From positions 12,028,001 through 12,092,000 of the forward strand of contig NC_045138.2 of the NCBI RefSeq assembly GCF_008831285.2: a stretch of 64,000 bases of DNA. The letters run 5' to 3'. The notes under the pieces are model-generated. The model was not told where the DNA came from, searched no databases, and worked only from the letters and a program-made list of their open reading frames with translations. Both the position numbers and the translations under genes were made by a program. Within the stretch, counting starts at the first letter, position 1. Every line of letters begins with the position of its first letter. This document shows positions 24,203 through 40,079 of the stretch, in pieces. Source of the DNA: Nymphaea colorata. Its lineage: Eukaryota.

Positions 24203-24434
24203 GAGGCATATAAACGTAGCTGGTCGAGCTAAAGGCCTGTATAAAGGCAGATCTCTAGTTCGATTCCTGTGGGCGTTATGTTCATGTATCTTAAGGTGGT
24301 AGGATGCAACATCCAAGTTGAAGGGTGTATCATTGTTATCGCTGACATCAACATAGCTCAGGAACCCAGAGACAGAGAATGGGGGGACCTTCGGGCTTCG
24401 TTTCGGGCGGTGGGATGAACCCATCGCTCACCCG
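24203..24434 (+). mobile_element. tRNA-derived SINE-like element, copy 4
   Basis: Near-identical to 10291-10523. Confidence 0.55.
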
Positions 24435-27400
24435 AAATAAATATTAAACATGATGAATATAGAATGTAATCCAGAACTCCTTGAACCATACTTTCCAAAG
24501 CACACTCACCCAATAATCAAGAGTGTTAATTGCATGCCAAGTAACAGTAGTGGTGATCAACATAATCAAGTGATAGATGTGTTCTACTATGAAAACTTCT
24601 CTCAACAACCTCTTGGAAAGCAGATAGAACAGCAGTAAGAGATAATTCAAAGAGATTAGAACTGATAAGCAACAGCTTGATAATAGCATTATACAACTAC
24701 CACTTACTCCAGATGAATTAATCCAAACAACTCCAAAGCAATTACTGAGGATTACAAGGATCGATCAATTTTAGAAGTCAATATAATGTCATTGGCTGCC
24801 TATCCTTATGCAAAACTTAATTTAGACGTATGATTCTTTAAATAGTAGGATCAAAATGGTTAAACGATACTTCTATTTTGGATCTAAATCTCAGTTCAAA
24901 GAACAATTCTATGATCCACGATCCTGTGTCACTTTCTAGATATGGTTCCATTTGAAATCTATACCAATTCTTATTTGGTCTATGATAAACCTTCTATTTT
25001 GAACTCACATTTCTAACCGCAGCTATTAGATCCATGATCCAGTACGGCTTTCTAGATCTGGAGGTCTTCAAAGTCTGAATTCATTTCTATCTAATCCATG
25101 ACCCATCCTCTACCTCAGATCAAGATCTCGGTTTCAAATTGAACTATACAATCAAACAAGGATCCATGTCTATTTTGGTACTTAAGATCTAGTTCTCATT
25201 TTTTAGACCCTAAACTTTCGTGTTTGATCAGGATTGAATCCAAAGTCCATAAGTCAACTCCTACACTGGACTCGGATAGTCATTTCAAGTACAATTCCTT
25301 CATTTATTTGTTATTCAGGATCCATATCTTCCTTGATGAATCTGGACCTCTCTATTCTAGGAAGAGCTAGGGAAGGAGGCACCACCTTTCCTTTTCTTCT
25401 TCTTTCTGTTTCCTTTTTTTCTTTTTCACACTCTCTTTCCTTCTCCCTTGTCTTCATCTCCGCCACAGCCTCTCTATAAAAACCTATAGAGAGGATGTTC
25501 CCTCCCATGCGGTCCCTTTGTTATAAGAAGTTGTTCTCTCCCTTTCTCAGGTTCTTTCATCTCTTTCTACCAGGGTTTTCTTTCTTCTCTTGCTCTATAT
25601 GCTTCCTCTTCCTTCCATGACATCCTCTGCAGATCGACTTCTTCTCTAGCCATTTCCCTAGAAGCATCTTTCCCTCTCTTCTTCTTTCTCTCCAGCAGTC
25701 CCTCTGGTGAATCCTTCTTGGAGTTGTTCCAACCAATTTCACGGTGCACGAGGATTCTTCGGTCCCATTTCTTGAACTAACTGCAACACTTCAGCCAGCC
25801 CATGCAGCACATCGACAGCAGTTTGCGGGTGAATCCCTTCCACTTTGCTCTTTTCTTTTCTGTTTGAAATCTGCATTAGAGCAAGTTTTAATTTAGCTCT
25901 CGCAGAAGTTGAAACTGCTGATTTTTTAGTTACATCTTTCTTTGTTTTACATGTTTTGGGCTTGGGGATTCGGTAAAAAAAGGACTTTTTAGTATAAATT
26001 TAAAAATTAAGGTCTTTATGCCTTACTCAAGTGGCCTGGAATATATATATATAAGTTATCCCATTCTCTCAACTATATGGCATGATGAACTAGAATCGTC
26101 TGATATGCTTAATGGCTATTTGTTTGATGAATTGTAAAAAAATGAAAAAATGGGCACAAAATCACCCTTTGTTTCCTTCCCTTGCATAGAGAGAACTTCC
26201 TCTCTCCCCATGTTTCCATGTCCCCTCTCTCTCCCCTCCAACATGGAGCTTACCTGTTGCTTGCTTGTAATCCGCCAGTCGCTAGCCGCTCGCAGCCGTA
26301 AAGTGTGACTTTTCTCTCCCTCTAGAAACCCGTTTTATTTTGATAGCGGCTTGGATTTAATTTCGGACCCTGAGCCCAAGCTCACTCCAAAATAAACTTT
26401 TAGATCCATATCTAAATCCAAATCTTGACCCTAAATCTAAAACAGATCTTCAGATCCATGTCCACATTCAAATCTCGACTCTAGACCCAAAACATACTTC
26501 TAGATCCATTTCCAAATCTTGACCCTAGATCCAAAACTGACCTTTAGATTTGTGTCTAAATTCAAATCTCGACCCTAGATCCAAAACAGAAATCTAGATA
26601 CATATCCAAATCCAAATTCAAGGTTTAGATCCAAAATTTACACCTCAATCCAAAATACAAAGCCAAATGTTATAATAAAATCAAGTCCAAATTATGAAAG
26701 TGGATCCAGAAAGCTGCTCTTTAGTTTCAAAACCAAAGTTTAGATCCAAATCAAAAATTGTAACTCAAAATCCAAAGTAGAGTTAAAAATAACCATTTCC
26801 AACCTTATTTAGCGCCATGTGCGTGCAAACCTTCACTTTGTTTTTCATCTCAATCTTCCACCGATTTTTTTTTTTTAGAAATATGTTTTAAGCAGAAAAC
26901 ACTTGTCCAGCCCTTGTTTCGCGTCAATTAGAACGGTTTTGCGACGTAGCGAACCTAATTTGGACCTAAAATGAGTCCGAAACCATCCAAAATGAAGCTG
27001 GTTCTGCTTTTAACAAAATATCAGTTTACCCTTTAAAATTTTACTATTAGAAAAATAAATTTTTTTAGTGGACCCCACCTGCCTTGCCGCACGTCTAGCC
27101 AAATCTGGCTAGGACGCATGGCTAGGGTGTTCTAGCCCTAGGTGCAGTGACCTGCCGTGACAGCTCCCTGGTGCAGGTGCGCTAGCCCTGAGCATAGGGT
27201 GTTAGCATGGCTTACAGCCAATCGCTTTTAGTCAAAGCTAAATTAAAAAAAAAAAACTTGAAATTTGCATGAAAACTTTGTCGAATTAAAAATAATAAAA
27301 AAAAAACAAATTTTGATTTTTTACTTCAAAACTCTTTATAAATACCTTTCAAATCTTCTCTTTTAAGTATGGGCTAATATCCTTGGAGAACTTCTAAAGC

Positions 27401-28848
27401 TTTTTCATTTAAGATTTTGGAAGTTCTTCATTTAGCTCTCTTTCCAATTTTTTTTCTTTTTATTTTCTTCTTCTTCTTCTTCTTCTTCTTCTTTTCCAAT
27501 CTTGATAGCATGAAGAGACATCATCAACACTTTGGAGGTTCACTTGGAGAGGCTTCAGAATCATGTGGAGAAAAAATTTTGTTTACCTCCAACCGGTCCA
27601 CTTAGAGATATGTATTCAATATCCCACTTGTTTTTCCCTTGTCCATACCCCCATGGTCATATAAGATAGTTTTAAAATTTTCTTTTCAGAGTCAAGAGCT
27701 ACTCTTGAATGCACTGCGAGTATGAGAAATGTGAAATAAAATTTTATTTTTCTTTGTAATCTCGAAATATGTTTTATTCTTTTTTCTCATTAAATGTGTG
27801 CATTGTTTATGTGTAAAATGATGTTCACACATAGTTGATCAATTTTCCAATTAATATGTGAATGAACGGTAAAAACAAATGTTTGGGTTGATGTTTGTTT
27901 GTTATTATGTTAATTTTTGAGGTTGAAATTTGTTCAACCCGAGAAGCACTTATAAATATATACATGCGAAAATGTATCTTTATGACATTCTTATGTTTGG
28001 TATTAATTATTTCTCTTAATTACCCAATTAAGGATCCTAAATAGAGCTTTCTTATATTACTAACTTTTCATTCAATGTCTATTTTATTTTCTCTCATTCT
28101 AACGGTCGGAGAAATAAGTCTCCTTGTAATAGATGAAATAACTATTTGCTTTTTGCATGCTTATAAAAAATTATTTGAATTGTATTTTCAAAAGAATTTC
28201 AAAAATAATTCTTCAATGAGGCATTGGAGAGTTATCCTAAACTCTTGCATAAGTCCAAATTCTTTTATGGCATACATAGAAAAATCGAAGTCGAAAATAC
28301 TCCAAGTTATCTTTTGATTTTCATTTTTTTTATACAATATATACCTATATTCTTCTCTTTCTAAAATATTCTTCTCTTTCTCTCTCTCTTTTTGATTTAA
28401 AATCTTCTTATATATATATCATTCTAAAATCTTTCTCTTTGTTTCTCTCTCTTCGATTTAAACTTTTCTTTTATAAAATTTTACATACATATATAGACAC
28501 ATACTCACACATATATATATCTTTTTAAACCTTTCTCTATCTCCCTCTTTCTCTTTCTAAAATCTCTTTCCCTTTTCTTTTTTATTTATTTTGGCTTAAA
28601 ATAATCTTTTCTCAATGAAAATATTGAACTAACCATTCATAGCAACATAAGAAAATATTAATAACATAGGGAGAAGATATCAAGAATGACATGGATGTAC
28701 ATTTCCTAGTGCAAGATATCTATGCAACACAAAACCAAGTAACCTTGGGAGACATTCTTGCAAAAATAGTTGCCTTAAAATTTCCTTTGAAGTTTCAAAA
28801 GTAAATAAATATTAATGTTTAATATTTATTTACTTTTTAAAACTTCAA

Positions 28849-29080
28849 GAGGCATATAAACGTAGCTGGTCGAGGTAAAGGCCTGTATAAAGGCAGATCT
28901 CTAGTTCGATTCCTGTGGGCGTTATGTTCATGTATCTTAAGGTGGTAGGATGCAACATCCAAGTTGAAGGGTGTATCATTGCTATCGCTGACATCAACAT
29001 AGCTCAGGAACCCAGAGACAGAGAATGGGGGAACCTTCGGGCTTCGTTTCGGGCGGTGGGATGAACCCATCGCTCACCCG
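28849..29080 (+). mobile_element. tRNA-derived SINE-like element, copy 5
   Basis: Near-identical to 10291-10523. Confidence 0.55.
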
Positions 29081-32000
29081 AAATAAATATTAAACATGAT
29101 GAATATAGAATGTAATCCAGAACTCCTTGAACCATACTTTCCAAAGCACACTCACCCAATAATCAAGAGTGTTAATTGCATGCCAAGTAACAGTAGTGGT
29201 GATCAACATAATCAAGTGATAGATGTGTTCTACTATGAAAACTTCTCTCAACAACCTCTTGGAAAGCAGATAGAACAGCAGTAAGAGATAATTCAAAGAG
29301 ATTAAAACTGATAAGCAACAGCTTGATAATTGCATTATACAACTACCGCCTACTCAAGATGAATTAATCCAAACAACTCCAAAGCAATTACTGAGGATTA
29401 CAAGAGATCGATCAATTTTAGAAGTCAATATAATGTCATTGGCTGCCTATCCTTATGCAAAACTTAATTTAGACGTATGATTCTTTAAATAGTAGGATCA
29501 AAATGGTTAAACGATACTTCTATTTTGGATCTAAATCTGAGTTCAAAGAACAATTCTATGATCCACGATCCTGTGTCACTTTCTAGATATGGTTCCATTT
29601 GAAATCTATACCAATTCTTATTTGGTCTATGATAAACCTTCTATTTTGAACTCACATTTCTAAGCGCAGCTATTAGATCCATGATCCAGTACGGCTTTCT
29701 AGATCTGGAGGTCTTCAAAGTCTGAATTCATTTCTATCTAATCCATGACCCATCCTCTACCTCAGATCAAGATCTCGGTTTCAAATTGAACTATACAATC
29801 AAACAAGGATCCATGTCTATTTTGGTACTTAAGATCTAGTTCTCATTTTTTAGACCCTAAACTTTCGTGTTTGATCAGGATTGAATCCAAAGTCCATAAG
29901 TCAACTCCTACACTGGACTCGGATAGTCATTTCAAGTACAATTCCTTCATTTATTTGTTATTCAGGATCCATATCTTCCTTGATGAATCTGGACCTCTCT
30001 ATTCTAGGAAGAGCTAGGGAAGGAGGCACCACCTTTCCTTTTCTTCTTCTTTCTGTTTCCTTTTTTTCTTTTTCACACTCTCTTTCCTTCTCCCTTGTCT
30101 TCATCTCCGCCACAGCCTCTCTATAAAAACCTATAGAGAGGATGTTCCCTCCCATGCGGTCCCTTTGTTATAAGAAGTTGTTCTCTCCCTTTCTCAGGTT
30201 CTTTCATCTCTTTCTACCAGGGTTTTCTTTCTTCTCTTGCTCTATATGCTTCCTCTTCCTTCCATGACATCCTCTGCAGATCGACTTCTTCTCTAGCCAT
30301 TTCCCTAGAAGCATCTTTCCCTCTCTTCTTCTTTCTCTCCAGCAGTCCCTCTGGTGAATCCTTCTTGGAGTTGTTCCAACCAATTTCACGGTGCACGAGG
30401 ATTCTTCGGTCCCATTTCTTGAACTAACTGCAACACTTCAGCCAGCCCATGCAGCACATCGACAGCAGTTTGCGGGTGAATCCCTTCCACTTTGCTCTTT
30501 TCTTTTCTGTTTGAAATCTGCATTAGAGCAAGTTTTAATTTAGCTCTCGCAGAAGTTGAAACTGCTGATTTTTTAGTTACATCTTTCTTTGTTTTACATG
30601 TTTTGGGCTTGGGGATTCGGTAAAAAAAGGACTTTTTAGTATAAATTTAAAAATTAAGGTCTTTATGCCTTACTCAAGTGGCCTGGAATATATATATATA
30701 AGTTATCCCATTCTCTCAACTATATGGCATGATGAACTAGAATCGTCTGATATGCTTAATGGCTATTTGTTTGATGAATTGTAAAAAAATGAAAAAATGG
30801 GCACAAAATCACCCTTTGTTTCCTTCCCTTGCATAGAGAGAACTTCCTCTCTCCCCATGTTTCCATGTCCCCTCTCTCTCCCCTCCAACATGGAGCTTAC
30901 CTGTTGCTTGCTTGTAATCCGCCAGTCGCTAGCCGCTCGCAGCCGTAAAGTGTGACTTTTCTCTCCCTCTAGAAACCCGTTTTATTTTGATAGCGGCTTG
31001 GATTTAATTTCGGACCCTGAGCCCAAGCTCACTCCAAAATAAACTTTTAGATCCATATCTAAATCCAAATCTTGACCCTAAATCTAAAACAGATCTTCAG
31101 ATCCATGTCCACATTCAAATCTCGACTCTAGACCCAAAACATACTTCTAGATCCATTTCCAAATCTTGACCCTAGATCCAAAACTGACCTTTAGATTTGT
31201 GTCTAAATTCAAATCTCGACCCTAGATCCAAAACAGAAATCTAGATACATATCCAAATCCAAATTCAAGGTTTAGATCCAAAATTTACACCTCAATCCAA
31301 AATACAAAGCCAAATGTTATAATAAAATCAAGTCCAAATTATGAAAGTGGATCCAGAAAGCTGCTCTTTAGTTTCAAAACCAAAGTTTAGATCCAAATCA
31401 AAAATTGTAACTCAAAATCCAAAGTAGAGTTAAAAATAACCATTTCCAACCTTATTTAGCGCCATGTGCGTGCAAACCTTCACTTTGTTTTTCATCTCAA
31501 TCTTCCACCGATTTTTTTTTTTTAGAAATATGTTTTAAGCAGAAAACACTTGTCCAGCCCTTGTTTCGCGTCAATTAGAACGGTTTTGCGACGTAGCGAA
31601 CCTAATTTGGACCTAAAATGAGTCCGAAACCATCCAAAATGAAGCTGGTTCTGCTTTTAACAAAATATCAGTTTACCCTTTAAAATTTTACTATTAGAAA
31701 AATAAATTTTTTTAGTGGACCCCACCTGCCTTGCCGCACGTCTAGCCAAATCTGGCTAGGACGCATGGCTAGGGTGTTCTAGCCCTAGGTGCAGTGACCT
31801 GCCGTGACAGCTCCCTGGTGCAGGTGCGCTAGCCCTGAGCATAGGGTGTTAGCATGGCTTACAGCCAATCGCTTTTAGTCAAAGCTAAATTAAAAAAAAA
31901 AACTTGAAATTTGCATGAAAACTTTGTCGAATTAAAAATAATAAAAAAAAAAATAAATTTTGATTTTTTACTTCAAAACTCTTTATAAATACCTTTCAAA

Positions 32001-33494
32001 TCTTCTCTTTTAAGTATGGGCTAATATCCTTGGAGAACTTCTAAAGCTTTTTCATTTAAGATTTTGGAAGTTCTTCATTTAGCTCTCTTTCCAATTTTTT
32101 TTCTTTTTATTTTCTTCTTCTTCTTCTTCTTCTTCTTCTTTTCCAATCTTGATAGCATGAAGAGACATCATCAACACTTTGGAGGTTCACTTGGAGAGGC
32201 TTCAGAATCATGTGGAGAAAAAATTTTGTTTACCTCCAATCGGTCCACTTAGAGATATGTATTCAATATCCCACTTGTTTTTCCCTTGTCCATACCCCCA
32301 TGGTCATATAAGATAGTTTTAAAATTTTCTTTTCAGAGTCAAGAGCTACTCTTGAATGCACTGCGAGTATGAGAAATGTGAAATAAAATTTTATTTTTCT
32401 TTGTAATCTCGAAATATGTTTTATTCTTTTTTCTCATTAAATGTGTGCATTGTTTATGTGTAAAATGATGTTCACACATAGTTGATCAATTTTCCAATTA
32501 ATATGTGAATGAACGGTAAAAACAAATGTTTGGGTTGATGTTTGTTTGTTATTATGTTAATTTTTGAGGTTGAAATTTGTTCAACCCGAGAAGCACTTAT
32601 AAATATATACATGCGAAAATGTATCTTTATGACATTCTTATGTTTGGTATTAATTATTTCTCTTAATTACCCAATTAAGGATCCTAAATAGAGCTTTCTT
32701 ATATTACTAACTTTTCATTCAATGTCTATTTTATTTTCTCTCATTCTAACGGTCGGAGAAATAAGTCTCCTTGTAATAGATGAAATAACTATTTGCTTTT
32801 TGCATGCTTATAAAAAATTATTTGAATTGTATTTTCAAAAGAATTTCAAAAATAATTCTTCAATGAGGCATTGGAGAGTTATCCTAAACTCTTGCATAAG
32901 TCCAAATTCTTTTATGGCATACATAGAAAAATCGAAGTCGAAAATACTCCAAGTTATCTTTTGATTTTCATTTTTTTTATACAATATATACCTATATTCT
33001 TCTCTTTCTAAAATATTCTTCTCTTTCTCTCTCTCTTTTTGATTTAAAATCTTCTTATATATATATCATTCTAAAATCTTTCTCTTTGTTTCTCTCTCTT
33101 CGATTTAAACTTTTCTTTTATAAAATTTTACATACATATATAGACACATACTCACACATATATATATTTTTTAAACCTTTCTCTATCTCCCTCTTTCTCT
33201 TTCTAAAATCTCTTTCCCTTTTCTTTTTTATTTATTTTGGCTTAAAATAATCTTTTCTCAATGAAAATATTGAACTAACCATTCATAGCAACATAAGAAA
33301 ATATTAATAACATAGGGAGAAGATATCAAGAATGACATGGATGTACATTTCCTAGTGCAAGATATCTATGCAACACAAAACCAAGTAACCTTGGGAGACA
33401 TTCTTGCAAAAATAGTTGCCTTAAAATTTCCTTTGAAGTTTCAAAAGTAAATAAATATTAATGTTTAATATTTATTTACTTTTTAAAACTTCAA

Positions 33495-33726
33495 GAGGCA
33501 TATAAACGTAGCTGGTCGAGCTAAAGGCCTGTATAAAGGCAGATCTCTAGTTCGATTCCTGTGGGCGTTATGTTCATGTATCTTAAGGTGGTAGGATGCA
33601 ACATCCAAGTTGAAGGGTGTATCATTGCTATCGCTGACATCAACATAGCTCAGGAACCCAGAGACAGAGAATGGGGGAACCTTCGGGCTTCGTTTCGGGC
33701 GGTGGGATGAACCCATCGCTCACCCG
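33495..33726 (+). mobile_element. tRNA-derived SINE-like element, copy 6
   Basis: Near-identical to 10291-10523. Confidence 0.55.
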
Positions 33727-36700
33727 AAATAAATATTAAACATGATGAATATAGAATGTAATCCAGAACTCCTTGAACCATACTTTCCAAAGCACACTCA
33801 CCCAATAATCAAGAGTGTTAATTGCATGCCAAGTAACAGTAGTGGTGATCAACATAATCAAGTGATAGATGTGTTCTACTATGAAAACTTCTCTCAACAA
33901 CCTCTTGGAAAGCAGATAGAACAGCAGTAAGAGATAATTCAAAGAGATTAAAACTGATAAGCAACAGCTTGATAATTGCATTATACAACTACCGCCTACT
34001 CAAGATGAATTAATCCAAACAACTCCAAAGCAATTACTGAGGATTACAAGAGATCGATCAATTTTAGAAGTCAATATAATGTCATTGGCTGCCTATCCTT
34101 ATGCAAAACTTAATTTAGACGTATGATTCTTTAAATAGTAGGATCAAAATGGTTAAACGATACTTCTATTTTGGATCTAAATCTGAGTTCAAAGAACAAT
34201 TCTATGATCCACGATCCTGTGTCACTTTCTAGATATGGTTCCATTTGAAATCTATACCAATTCTTATTTGGTCTATGATAAACCTTCTATTTTGAACTCA
34301 CATTTCTAAGCGCAGCTATTAGATCCATGATCCAGTACGGCTTTCTAGATCTGGAGGTCTTCAAAGTCTGAATTCATTTCTATCTAATCCATGACCCATC
34401 CTCTACCTCAGATCAAGATCTCGGTTTCAAATTGAACTATACAATCAAACAAGGATCCATGTCTATTTTGGTACTTAAGATCTAGTTCTCATTTTTTAGA
34501 CCCTAAACTTTCGTGTTTGATCAGGATTGAATCCAAAGTCCATAAGTCAACTCCTACACTGGACTCGGATAGTCATTTCAAGTACAATTCCTTCATTTAT
34601 TTGTTATTCAGGATCCATATCTTCCTTGATGAATCTGGACCTCTCTATTCTAGGAAGAGCTAGGGAAGGAGGCACCACCTTTCCTTTTCTTCTTCTTCTT
34701 TCTGTTTCCTTTTTTTCTTTTTCACACTCTCTTTCCTTCTCCCTTGTCTTCATCTCCGCCACAGCCTCTCTATAAAAACCTATAGAGAGGATGTTCCCTC
34801 CCATGCGGTCCCTTTGTTATAAGAAGTTGTTCTCTCCCTTTCTCAGGTTCTTTCATCTCTTTCTACCAGGGTTTTCTTTCTTCTCTTGCTCTATATGCTT
34901 CCTCTTCCTTCCATGACATCCTCTGCAGATCGACTTCTTCTCTAGCCATTTCCCTAGAAGCATCTTTCCCTCTCTTCTTCTTTCTCTCCAGCAGTCCCTC
35001 TGGTGAATCCTTCTTGGAGTTGTTCCAACCAATTTCACGGTGCACGAGGATTCTTCGGTCCCATTTCTTGAACTAACTGCAACACTTCAGCCAGCCCATG
35101 CAGCACATCGACAGCAGTTTGCGGGTGAATCCCTTCCACTTTGCTCTTTTCTTTTCTGTTTGAAATCTGCATTAGAGCAAGTTTTAATTTAGCTCTCGCA
35201 GAAGTTGAAACTGCTGATTTTTTAGTTACATCTTTCTTTGTTTTACATGTTTTGGGCTTGGGGATTCGGTAAAAAAAGGACTTTTTAGTATAAATTTAAA
35301 AATTAAGGTCTTTATGCCTTACTCAAGTGGCCTGGAATATATATATATAAGTTATCCCATTCTCTCAACTATATGGCATGATGAACTAGAATCGTCTGAT
35401 ATGCTTAATGGCTATTTGTTTGATGAATTGTAAAAAAATGAAAAAATGGGCACAAAATCACCCTTTGTTTCCTTCCCTTGCATAGAGAGAACTTCCTCTC
35501 TCCCCATGTTTCCATGTCCCCTCTCTCTCCCCTCCAACATGGAGCTTACCTGTTGCTTGCTTGTAATCCGCCAGTCGCTAGCCGCTCGCAGCCGTAAAGT
35601 GTGACTTTTCTCTCCCTCTAGAAACCCGTTTTATTTTGATAGCGGCTTGGATTTAATTTCGGACCCTGAGCCCAAGCTCACTCCAAAATAAACTTTTAGA
35701 TCCATATCTAAATCCAAATCTTGACCCTAAATCTAAAACAGATCTTCAGATCCATGTCCACATTCAAATCTCGACTCTAGACCCAAAACATACTTCTAGA
35801 TCCATTTCCAAATCTTGACCCTAGATCCAAAACTGACCTTTAGATTTGTGTCTAAATTCAAATCTCGACCCTAGATCCAAAACAGAAATCTAGATACATA
35901 TCCAAATCCAAATTCAAGGTTTAGATCCAAAATTTACACCTCAATCCAAAATACAAAGCCAAATGTTATAATAAAATCAAGTCCAAATTATGAAAGTGGA
36001 TCCAGAAAGCTGCTCTTTAGTTTCAAAACCAAAGTTTAGATCCAAATCAAAAATTGTAACTCAAAATCCAAAGTAGAGTTAAAAATAACCATTTCCAACC
36101 TTATTTAGCGCCATGTGCGTGCAAACCTTCACTTTGTTTTTCATCTCAATCTTCCACCGATTTTTTTTTTTTAGAAATATGTTTTAAGCAGAAAACACTT
36201 GTCCAGCCCTTGTTTCGCGTCAATTAGAACGGTTTTGCGACGTAGCGAACCTAATTTGGACCTAAAATGAGTCCGAAACCATCCAAAATGAAGCTGGTTC
36301 TGCTTTTAACAAAATATCAGTTTACCCTTTAAAATTTTACTATTAGAAAAATAAATTTTTTTAGTGGACCCCACCTGCCTTGCCGCACGTCTAGCCAAAT
36401 CTGGCTAGGACGCATGGCTAGGGTGTTCTAGCCCTAGGTGCAGTGACCTGCCGTGACAGCTCCCTGGTGCAGGTGCGCTAGCCCTGAGCATAGGGTGTTA
36501 GCATGGCTTACAGCCAATCGCTTTTAGTCAAAGCTAAATTAAAAAAAAAAAACTTGAAATTTGCATGAAAACTTTGTCGAATTAAAAATAATAAAAAAAA
36601 AATAAATTTTGATTTTTTACTTCAAAACTCTTTATAAATACCTTTCAAATCTTCTCTTTTAAGTATGGGCTAATATCCTTGGAGAACTTCTAAAGCTTTT

Positions 36701-37721
36701 TCATTTAAGATTTTGGAAGTTCTTCATTTAGCTCTCTTTCCAATTTTTTTTCTTTTTATTTTCTTCTTCTTCTTCTTCTTCTTTTCCAATCTTGATAGCA
36801 TGAAGAGACATCATCAACACTTTGGAGGTTCACTTGGAGAGGCTTCAGAATCATGTGGAGAAAAAAATTTGTTTACCTCCAACCGGTCCACTTAGAGATA
36901 TGTATTCAATATCCCACTTGTTTTTCCCTTGTCCATACCCCCATGGTCATATAAGATAGTTTTAAAATTTTCTTTTCAGAGTCAAGAGCTACTCTTGAAT
37001 GCACTGCGAGTATGAGAAATGTGAAATAAAATTTTATTTTTCTTTGTAATCTCGAAATATGTTTTATTCTTTTTTCTCATTAAATGTGTGCATTGTTTAT
37101 GTGTAAAATGATGTTCACACATAGTTGATCAATTTTCCAATTAATATGTAAATGAACGGTAAAAACAAATGTTTGGGTTGATGTTTGTTTGTTATTATGT
37201 TAATTTTTGAGGTTGGAATTTGTTCAACCCGAGAAGCACTTATAAATATATACATGCGAAAATGTATCTTTATGACATTCTTATGTTTGGTATTAATTAT
37301 TTCTCTTAATTACCCAATTAAGGATCCTAAATAGAGCTTTCTTATATTACTAACTTTTCATTCAATGTCTATTTTATTTTCTCTCATTCTAACGGTTGGA
37401 GAAATAAGTCTCCTTGTAATAGATGAAATAACTATTTGCTTTTTGCATGCTTATAAAAAATTATTTGAATTGTATTTTCAAAAGAATTTCAAAAATAATT
37501 CTTCAATGAGGCATTGGAGAGTTATCCTAAGCTCTTGCATAAGTCCAAATTCTTTTATGGCATACATAGAAAAATCGAAGTCGAAAATACTCCAAGTTAT
37601 CTTTTGATTTTCATTTTTTTTATACAATATATACCTATATATATACATGTATATCTTTCTCTCCTTTTGTAAAATCTCTTTCTTTTTTATTTAAAATCTT
37701 ATTTTCTAAATTTTTGTACAC

Positions 37722-38020
<299 letters not shown>

Positions 38021-39132
38021 CTTTTATATATATATATATCATTCTAAAATCTTTCTCTTTGTTTCTCTCTCTTCGATTTAAACTTTTCTTTTATAAAATT
38101 TTACATACATATATAGACACATACTCACACATATATATATCTTTTTAAACCTTTCTCTATCTCCCTCTTTCTCTTTCCAAAATCTCTTTCCCTTTTCTTT
38201 TTTATTTATTTTGGCTTAAAATAATCTTTTCTAAATGATCATATATGTAAGTGGATATATATACATATACATATATCCTTTTTTTCTAAAACCACTTCTT
38301 CTCTTTCTTTCCGTTTTTTTTTTTCACTCATCTAAATATCTTTTTTTTAACACCTAAAAATTTTTATTTTCATTTATTGACTTCATTAAAACCAAAACTC
38401 AAGTAATGACGCAATGTTGGAGTCATGCTTGATGGTCGACAACCCTATTTTACTTTCAAAAAACTTTTTCTTTTTTCATAAAAGTATTTATGACAAAATG
38501 TTAGATGAGATACAAACAAGTGTAAGAAATGTAGTTGTATGTAATAGTATAAATGCATTTAGATGAATATTATGATAGAAATGAACAATTTATTTTCCAT
38601 TATATAGAATCAATGCACTCATGTATTCACAATTACTTGTGGAATCTACGAATGATCACAAACATCTTTTTAAGAAAACTTAACTAAGATGAGGTATAGT
38701 TGAGCAATATTTCAAACCTACTTAAGGTTCTAAGGGAACATTAATTGATTTCAAAAGAATTTTTTCAAAATATTATTGTTAGCTTTCAAACATTTTCAAA
38801 CACTACTTGTAAAGGTTTCCAGATTCCAAAATTTATTAAATAAAAAATATTTATCTTCTCAAGTGATACTTCAACATTTTCTCATTCAAAGGTCTTTGAG
38901 ATATCAATCTTCAAAATTATTTTAAAGTACCACACCACATTTAGGGTGAAGACTGTTTAAGTAAAAATGAAATACATCAAGAATAATCATAATTCTTGGA
39001 TTAACTATTCCTGATAAGTGTTTGGGGAATAGCCAATCCTCGTACCAATAGCGAGTTCCTTTTTCTCTCTTTTCAAAACAAAACCTTATTTTTTAATAAA
39101 AACTAAAAAATAAATTTTGAAGGAAAAATAAA

Positions 39133-39150
39133 AGGTGACTATGATGGGAC
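39133..39150 (+). other. Degenerate primer-binding site (tRNA-Arg, Ogre/Tat type)
   Basis: AGGTGACTATGATGGGAC resembles TGGCGACTCNGCTGGGGA and sits where similarity to the 3' LTR ends. Confidence 0.55.
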
Positions 39151-40079
39151 CTATCATCGTTTGACTATATTTACCATTACTACATTTCTATTAAATTGAG
39201 CATCATCTATATTGCTGATGTTAAAGCGGGTCCCTTTCTTTAGCTTTGACCGCATCAACATTATATCATATTGCTTGGTGTAAGTATTTGTTTTCTTGCA
39301 TTGACTAATTAAGGAGGATCAATCATGTTTACCTAGATGTAGTATTGAATACAACCTTCTTTAATTTAAGGCTTGATTGAAAACAATGTTTGTTTTTCTA
39401 CCTTATTTTAATCACAATATTAAGAAACATTGCATTAAAGACGACTATTTTACATGTTTGCTTATATTTTTTTATACCTATTTATCTCGATCATCATGTT
39501 GATGGACTTAGTTTTAGGTAGTAGTACAAGACTAAGCATTACACACCTTAAGAGGAAATGCTTTCTCATTAGTACCATGAGTGGTAATTTGTGGCATATT
39601 GATAGGTGACAGAGAAGAAATAGAAAAACTTTACCCTTACTTGCTTAAGGAAGAATCTATGCTAGTAATAAGCCATTTGGCTAAAGTATATAAGCATACC
39701 TTGATATTTGATTATCGTGATGTAATATTATCTCAATTAGACAAGCAAAAAAAAAAAAAAACAATAAGAACAACAAGCCATTTCCTACAACTAAGGATAA
39801 AGATCATCTAGATTTGAACTCACAACCAGTAAGGAGGAAAAGCCTGAATTGCCACTACCAAAGGAGAAGAAGGCAATGAACAAGATCAAGAAAAGAAAGG
39901 AGATCATAGAAGATAGCAGCTCACCTAACCCTATCTCAAAGTGAAAGTTTGGGAGAAAAGTCGAAAAAGAAAAGAAAGCCCACCAAGAAGGGGGAAAAGA
40001 CAAGAAAATGTACCCCCAACAGCAACTCTAACAACAAAAAAGTATCTTTTAAACCCGCCAATCCTAAAACCCCCTATTA

